Origin: Candidatus Eiseniibacteriota bacterium
GTDB lineage: Bacteria; Eisenbacteria; RBG-16-71-46
Assembly: GCA_020847735.1 (NCBI GenBank)
Contig: JADLBL010000021.1
Location: 126,059-190,058 of the forward strand
DNA length: 64,000 nucleotides
Direction: 5' to 3'
Shown: piece by piece, positions 58,740-64,000 of the stretch
Position numbering within the stretch: position 1 is the first letter of the stretch
Layout: each line of letters begins with the position of its first letter
The notes under the pieces: model-generated
What the model was told of the DNA's origin: nothing
The model's input: only the letters and a program-made list of their open reading frames with translations
The model's database searches: none
Position numbers and translations under genes: made by a program

Positions 58740-60920
58740 ATGGCTGACGAAGCGGTCCCCGGCGACACCCAGTGGCGAGCGTTTGTTCGGCAGTTCACGC
58801 GGCGACTGCGATTCACCGCTCGCGAAGCCCCCGGCCAGGCCATGGGGATCCTCAGCCTGTGCGTCGTCCTGCTGGCCCTCGCTGCGCTCTGCGGACGGAC
58901 CGCATACCTGCTCTTCACGGAGTACTACGAGGCCGTGCAGGCGCAGGTCTCCTCGATCACGCGGCAGGCGGAACCGCGCTCCGACCTCGAGTACCCGGCA
59001 GTGACCTCGGCCGTGCTGGCGCCGGTCAACGCGAACCTCTCGAAGTGGTCCATCGACAGCCTGGCGCCGGCCAATGGACATCGTGCACGCGCGATACTCC
59101 GGACCGCCCAGCTCCTCATGGAGACGGCGGTTGACGCAGGAGCAGCGGGCCCCGACGTCACCGACCCGACGCTCTCGGCGACGATCGAGCACATCGGGCG
59201 CGAGGCCGGCTTCGCTCGAACCGCAGGCTGGACCGAGTCGGCGCTGGAGCACGTTCGCATGGTCCGCGATGCCCCGCTGGGCAGCGTCCGCGCCATTCCT
59301 CCCGACAGCACGTTGCCGCTCCGGGTCCGCCTGCAAGGACCGTTCGGAACCGAATTGGGCGCGAGGCTCCCGTCGCTCGGTGCATCCACGACCCTCCTGA
59401 TCCCTTCGACGTTCCTTCTGCCGCGCTGGCTGCTCTCGAGCCCCGAGCCGCGGGAGAGGTCGGGGGTGGCGGACTCCATCCGTCACGAGATGCTGACCGC
59501 AGTGGCCGTGTCGCGGCTACTCGAAGACGCGCTCTCGCTCTGTCTGCCACCAGACTCCGCGCGTTCCGGCGCCGACGAGAACGCGCCCGAGATCGTGCAG
59601 GCCTACTTCATCTCCGACCGGTCGGTGCTTCGGATCTGGCCGGCGCAGGACCCGAACCAGCTGGGCGTCAACCGCTACTGGGCTGCGGCGCACTACATGC
59701 AGCAGTTCTACTCGAAAGAGTTCGAGGGCAAGGACTGGTACGAGTCTCCGCCCTACATCGACCTCGGCGGCAACGGGATCGTGCGGACCATGTGCCAGAC
59801 GGTCTCGGCCGCATACCGGCAGCGCCCCGGTCGCCTGGTCGGCATCGTGGCCGTCGACTACCGACTTCCGACCACCGTCTACCTGGACTCGCTCGCCGAG
59901 CACAACATGCTCTTCGAACTGCACCAGATGGCCGTGCCCTCGGGCTCCACGCTTGGCGATGTCACCAACGAGGAGCAGGTCGAGCTGCTGCGTGCGGCTC
60001 GCGCGAATGGGCGGCGCCACCCGCCGCACAAGCCGCGGTGGGGACCGGCGCGCAGTGGCGACCGGGCGCGGCTCCTCGACCTCGCGAGGCAATACGCTGC
60101 CCGGGTCACGCCCGCTGAGGCGCGGAGTCGACTGGGCCTCCTCCGCGGGTTCCCCGACCCGGTCTTCATCCTGCCGCTGGCGCGCGGGCCCGGCGGCGCG
60201 ATGCGCTTCCTCCTCCTCGAGCCGCGCACCCCGCGGCTGCCGGCGGACGTCTACGCCTACGGCCTCCTGGGGATCGTCCTTCTCGTCACCGCGAGCGGGC
60301 TGCTCGTCTGGTGGAACCGGCACGCCACGGGCGAGCTCGAGCGACTTCGCCAGGCGACGTTCATCCGCAATCTCCAGTGCGGCGTCATTCGCGTCGATGC
60401 CGACGGCTACATCGTCGAGGCCAATCAGGTGTGCGAGTGGCTCTTCGGCGTCACCATGGAGCAGCATGGAGAGCGCGCGCCCGACCTGCGCGGCCGCCGG
60501 AAGTTCCGCGACCTCATCGGGGATTGGATCATCCCGGCCGACCCGGCACGTCCGCATTCGCTGGGCGAGCGAGTCGAGCGCTTCGTCGATCACGAGGCCA
60601 GGCACCGCGGCCGGCTGGAGTCGACGAGCTACTTCGCCTTCACGCGTCCCCGAACCGAGGCAGATCCCGAGGATGCGCGCGAGTCGTCCGTCCTGTTCAT
60701 CTCCGGAGGGCCGATCATCCAGCAGCCGCCGGCGCATCCTCGGCGACCTTTCCCACTCGCCGGTTTCGGCCTCTGGGCCGCGCCGGGCGGGGCCGAGGGG
60801 GGTCGGGACTTCCGAGTCCAGACCGGCGGCGTCGTCAGCCGCGTCACGGACGAGGCCACCCTCAAGGCCGCGCGCGACCAGCTTGCGGCCGATCCACGCA
60901 CGAGGGCCGACGGATGCTAG
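58740..60920 (+). CDS. Hypothetical membrane sensor-like protein (two TM segments flanking a periplasmic domain, cytoplasmic PAS-like region)
   Basis: TM1 ILSLCVVLLALAALC, TM2 YGLLGIVLLVTASGLLVWW; no recognisable output domain. Confidence 0.45.
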   Translation: MADEAVPGDTQWRAFVRQFTRRLRFTAREAPGQAMGILSLCVVLLALAALCGRTAYLLFTEYYEAVQAQVSSITRQAEPRSDLEYPAVTSAVLAPVNANLSKWSIDSLAPANGHRARAILRTAQLLMETAVDAGAAGPDVTDPTLSATIEHIGREAGFARTAGWTESALEHVRMVRDAPLGSVRAIPPDSTLPLRVRLQGPFGTELGARLPSLGASTTLLIPSTFLLPRWLLSSPEPRERSGVADSIRHEMLTAVAVSRLLEDALSLCLPPDSARSGADENAPEIVQAYFISDRSVLRIWPAQDPNQLGVNRYWAAAHYMQQFYSKEFEGKDWYESPPYIDLGGNGIVRTMCQTVSAAYRQRPGRLVGIVAVDYRLPTTVYLDSLAEHNMLFELHQMAVPSGSTLGDVTNEEQVELLRAARANGRRHPPHKPRWGPARSGDRARLLDLARQYAARVTPAEARSRLGLLRGFPDPVFILPLARGPGGAMRFLLLEPRTPRLPADVYAYGLLGIVLLVTASGLLVWWNRHATGELERLRQATFIRNLQCGVIRVDADGYIVEANQVCEWLFGVTMEQHGERAPDLRGRRKFRDLIGDWIIPADPARPHSLGERVERFVDHEARHRGRLESTSYFAFTRPRTEADPEDARESSVLFISGGPIIQQPPAHPRRPFPLAGFGLWAAPGGAEGGRDFRVQTGGVVSRVTDEATLKAARDQLAADPRTRADGC

Positions 60921-61774
60921 CGCCCCTGATCGACTACGTTCTCAGCCCGACCGTCCTCGTGGGCCTCGGTGCCAGACTGCTCACCATCCTCCTCCGGCAC
61001 CGCATCTACCTTTACGCCACGGGGGTGCCCGTCGGCGCGACCGAGGGGACGCTCCGCCACGTCTTCGTGCTGCAGAACATGGAGCCGAACGACTTGCAGG
61101 TCCCGTTCCAGATCCAGGTCAGCACCGTCAATGGAGCCGGGCACATCAAGTCCGTGCGACTCTACTGCGGAAGGCAGGGTCCCTTCGGGCAGGTGTTCGA
61201 AGAGAGCGGACACGAGCGGCACGTGTTGACGTCGCCCGACTTCAGCGCACTGGAGACCTGGAAGGTCGTGTGCGAGACAAACGAAGACGCCGAGGAGATT
61301 CGGCTGATCCTCGCGGGTTGGGACCTCCGCCGCCGGATCCGACGCTGGTGGGCACCGGCGATTCCGCAGGGCGGGCTGCGCATCACGAGTCGCCGCGGCG
61401 AGCCCACCCGCGCCTACTCCCGCGAGCCGGAGACCATCTTCTGGGTGGCCGTCCTCATGCTCGTGGTCGGCTACGTGGCGGCCGTGCGACTCGGGGCGGG
61501 TGTCGAGCCGCCTACCGGATGGGTCTGGCCGTTCCAGCAGATCGTCGACTACTGGTACGGCCTCGGCGCGAAGTGGCGCCCCGGGCTGGACTGGCCGATC
61601 CTCGCCGCCCTCCTCGTCCTCGGGTGGATCGTCCGGCGGATCGCCGACCGCGGCCATTGGCGCGAGGTGGCGTTGGGATACCTCGAGGACAAGCACTGGC
61701 GAAGCCTGCTCAGGATCCGACCGGCGTCCCAGGATGAGAAGGCCCTGGCTTCGAAGAAGGCCGACGCGCCGTAA
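60914..61774 (+). CDS. Hypothetical membrane protein
   Basis: ATG overlaps upstream stop (ATGCTAG); hydrophobic helices at both ends. Confidence 0.45.
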   Translation: MLAPLIDYVLSPTVLVGLGARLLTILLRHRIYLYATGVPVGATEGTLRHVFVLQNMEPNDLQVPFQIQVSTVNGAGHIKSVRLYCGRQGPFGQVFEESGHERHVLTSPDFSALETWKVVCETNEDAEEIRLILAGWDLRRRIRRWWAPAIPQGGLRITSRRGEPTRAYSREPETIFWVAVLMLVVGYVAAVRLGAGVEPPTGWVWPFQQIVDYWYGLGAKWRPGLDWPILAALLVLGWIVRRIADRGHWREVALGYLEDKHWRSLLRIRPASQDEKALASKKADAP

Positions 61775-61851
61775 GCCTGCAACTGGCGCGGGGGCCATCC
61801 GGATCCTCTGCACCAGACACCAACCCACCTCGGTTGGGTAAGGGAGTGAGC

Positions 61852-62607
61852 ATGTCGAACGAAACGCAGAACGAGGGTGCGCCCACGACCACTCAACAGG
61901 AGGCGGCCTTCGAAGCGCTGCGCAAGTGGCTGGAGAACCCATCGACCGGGGTCGAAGACCAATGGCGGACGATCGGCGGCGACGTCTACGCGCGCAAGTA
62001 CGTGTTGATCGCGGCGCGGGACGCCCTCCAGGCAAGCGGCGTTCCGAATCCACTGAAGCATGCCGCCACCGATGTCCTGGTAGAGAAGGCGCAGAGCGAG
62101 CTGACCGAGCGCGCCACCTACCTGAACATCTCCGGCGGACTCGCCTACCTTGTCGCCCTCGGCGTGCTCTTCTACGGTGCGTGGGTCCTGGACCGGCACG
62201 CGGCGACGCTCGTGAGCGCGAAGGATCTAAACGGCATGGTGCTGACGTTGGCCATCTTCCGCGCTTCAACCTCCGCAGCCCTCGTCTTCGCGGCGATCTA
62301 CTACTTGATCGCGCTGGCTCGCGCCCTCATGAGCGAGGGGACGCTGCTCCTCAACCGCCGTCATGCGCTGCGTTACTTGCGACTGTGCGTCTACCTCTCT
62401 GAAGGCAACATCACGCTGCCGCAGTTGCGGCAGATGGTCAACTGGAACGCTGAATTCGCCACGGCCTTTGGCGCCATTGACGCAGAACGCGTCACGTCGG
62501 GCTCTCCGCTGGCGAAGGTCGTCGACGCGCTTGGACTCAGTCTCAAGACACTGGCCAAGCTGGTCCCCGAGGTGGCCAAACACGGAGGTCTGAGTAGAAA
62601 AGCATAG
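61852..62607 (+). CDS. Hypothetical membrane protein
   Basis: AAGGGAG RBS; four hydrophobic helices. Confidence 0.5.
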   Translation: MSNETQNEGAPTTTQQEAAFEALRKWLENPSTGVEDQWRTIGGDVYARKYVLIAARDALQASGVPNPLKHAATDVLVEKAQSELTERATYLNISGGLAYLVALGVLFYGAWVLDRHAATLVSAKDLNGMVLTLAIFRASTSAALVFAAIYYLIALARALMSEGTLLLNRRHALRYLRLCVYLSEGNITLPQLRQMVNWNAEFATAFGAIDAERVTSGSPLAKVVDALGLSLKTLAKLVPEVAKHGGLSRKA

Positions 62608-62753
62608 CCACTCACGTTCGGCATCCAGTCTTGCCTATAGCATACTGCCTGCATCTATTGACATTACTTCGCGGGGCATGCTAGTCTTCTCTGTCGCTCG
62701 TTCCTGGAGACATGCTGCGCAATCTCTGCGCGGCAGATGCACCAGGAGTGAGT

Positions 62754-62951
62754 ATGAGTTCGTTGTTGTTCCCGGGCTTGGTCGTTGGCACGATGGTCTT
62801 CGGAGGTGGCGCTCTCTATTGGCTCCTGCTGAGTAGGCGTGCCCGAGACGCCCGCTCGGAGACAGGGCTGGTGGGATCGAGCCTCATGTTGATTGGATTC
62901 CTCATCGTCGCGGGTTGCCACTTCTTCGCGAGTCTGTTTGTCCGACGGTAA
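62754..62951 (+). CDS. Small two-TM membrane protein
   Basis: 66 aa with two hydrophobic helices. Confidence 0.3.
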   Translation: MSSLLFPGLVVGTMVFGGGALYWLLLSRRARDARSETGLVGSSLMLIGFLIVAGCHFFASLFVRR

Positions 62952-63394
62952 GCGCGCAACGAGGATGTCCTTAGCGCCCGACTGTGAAAACAGTTGGGCG
63001 CCTTTGCGTTAGCGTGGCGCGAGCCCCACGTAGCCCCCGGGTCCGAGCGGGCGAGCAGGGCGCTGGACAGATTCAGACTCGAGGCGTAGGCCTGTGGCCT
63101 CGCGGTCCGGGTCGTACGTGATCTGCAAGGTGCGCTCCGACGGTCTGGAGGTGCGTGGGAGGTTTCGAACGAGTAAGACGCGAGCAGCGTGCGATTCAAG
63201 GCGGCGCCGCCTGTGCTGGAATTGCGACAACCAATGTCGGGGACGCGTTCACGTAGCGTCGGAGTCATAGAATCCACTTGCAGATGGAACTGCCCCTCGA
63301 TAGCTTCCGTTCATCGCGCCGCCCCGACGCGAGACGCCTCGATTCAACGGGTCGAGTCGCCATCCGCCTTCGTCTCGCTGCAAGGAGTACGAGC

Positions 63395-64000
63395 ATGAAA
63401 TCGGGCCGCCCTGCCTGCGATCCGCGCGTGTGCATTTCCGCGTGGCCGCTGGCGCTTGCCTGTCTCTGCACGCTTGCCTCCGTTTCCTCACCCAGCCGCG
63501 CCACCGAGTGCATGGACGTCCGCACGGGACGTTCATTCGCCGTGCTCAGCGCGCGCTACTCGAGTTCCGGCACAGGCATCACCGGTGAATCACCGCTCGG
63601 CCGTCTTTGCGTGGGCGCGCTGCGCGCCACGCATTCGGTCGCGGTCGCTGACGGCGCCGACGGTGCGTTCGTTGTCTGGATCGAATCCGCCGGCGAGGAC
63701 TGTGACCTGCGCGCCCAGCACGTCGGCGGCGACGGCTCCGCCGCGGCGGGCTGGCCCGACGGCGGCGCCGTTGTCTGCGCGGCCCGCGGGACCCAAACCC
63801 AGCCGGCCATGGCGCTGACCGTTGACGGCGGAGTGTGGCTCGCGTGGAAGGACTACCGCGACCCGCAGCGCAGCGCGGTCTACCTGCTAAAGCTCTCTGC
63901 GGCTGGCGAGCCAGCGAGCGGCTTCCCGGCTGACGGGCTGCGGGTAGGGGCTTCTGGAGCGAGCGCCTCGGATCCGGCCATCGTGCGCGATCCTTCCGGT
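63395..64000 (+). CDS. Secreted protein, 3'-truncated by window end
   Basis: AAGGAG RBS; signal-peptide-like ACLCTLASVSSPSRA; ORF open to end of window. Confidence 0.45.
   Translation, partial: MKSGRPACDPRVCISAWPLALACLCTLASVSSPSRATECMDVRTGRSFAVLSARYSSSGTGITGESPLGRLCVGALRATHSVAVADGADGAFVVWIESAGEDCDLRAQHVGGDGSAAAGWPDGGAVVCAARGTQTQPAMALTVDGGVWLAWKDYRDPQRSAVYLLKLSAAGEPASGFPADGLRVGASGASASDPAIVRDPSG

Noticed and set aside
1-64000. CRISPR arrays / cas genes
   Set aside because: No regularly spaced short direct repeats seen; the Cas4-like nuclease at 44884-45726 is alone, without cas1/cas2 or repeats.

Overview
This is a high-G+C (about 68-70% by eye) bacterial chromosomal segment that falls into three parts.

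(1) 1-7.8 kb holds core genes, all on the minus strand. They are a 4Fe-4S protein, a molybdopterin oxidoreductase, a NarI-like membrane subunit, a fusion of chorismate mutase, prephenate dehydratase and DAHP synthase, and an S15/CocE-NonD hydrolase.

(2) About 8-50 kb is accessory DNA with visibly lower G+C between roughly 8 and 26.5 kb. It starts at a tRNA-Ser-like 5' fragment and contains a large serine recombinase. Its defence and mobile-element functions include:
- a SIR2-TPR protein;
- a B12-radical-SAM gene translationally coupled to a toroid-repeat/AAA+ fusion, which is a candidate undescribed system;
- a C-protein-controlled R-M system with a canonical C-box and a PD-(D/E)XK REase carrying HEAT repeats;
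- a ParB-like/Dam-family methyltransferase pair;
- an RloC-like zinc-hook ABC ATPase;
- a TerB-domain protein, BrxD-like ATPase and Lhr/BrxHI-like helicase triad, flanked by an intact and a pseudogenised copy of a KA-rich HTH gene;
- an FRG-domain protein;
- a phage/ICE-like block with an XRE regulator, two tandem RuvC-like resolvases, a Cas4-like nuclease, RadC and DUF932;
- a membrane Ser/Thr kinase inserted next to a duplicated DUF932 3' end.

(3) 50-64 kb holds two tandem secreted FN3-like paralogs, an unusual ~1.5 kb stretch without a convincing ORF, and a same-strand cluster of nine genes for lipoprotein, secreted and membrane proteins plus a DUF900-type alpha/beta hydrolase.

No rRNA, intact tRNA or CRISPR array was seen. 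Many long ORFs on the strand opposite real genes are G+C-driven shadow ORFs and were ignored. Motif-level calls were made by eye without database searches.
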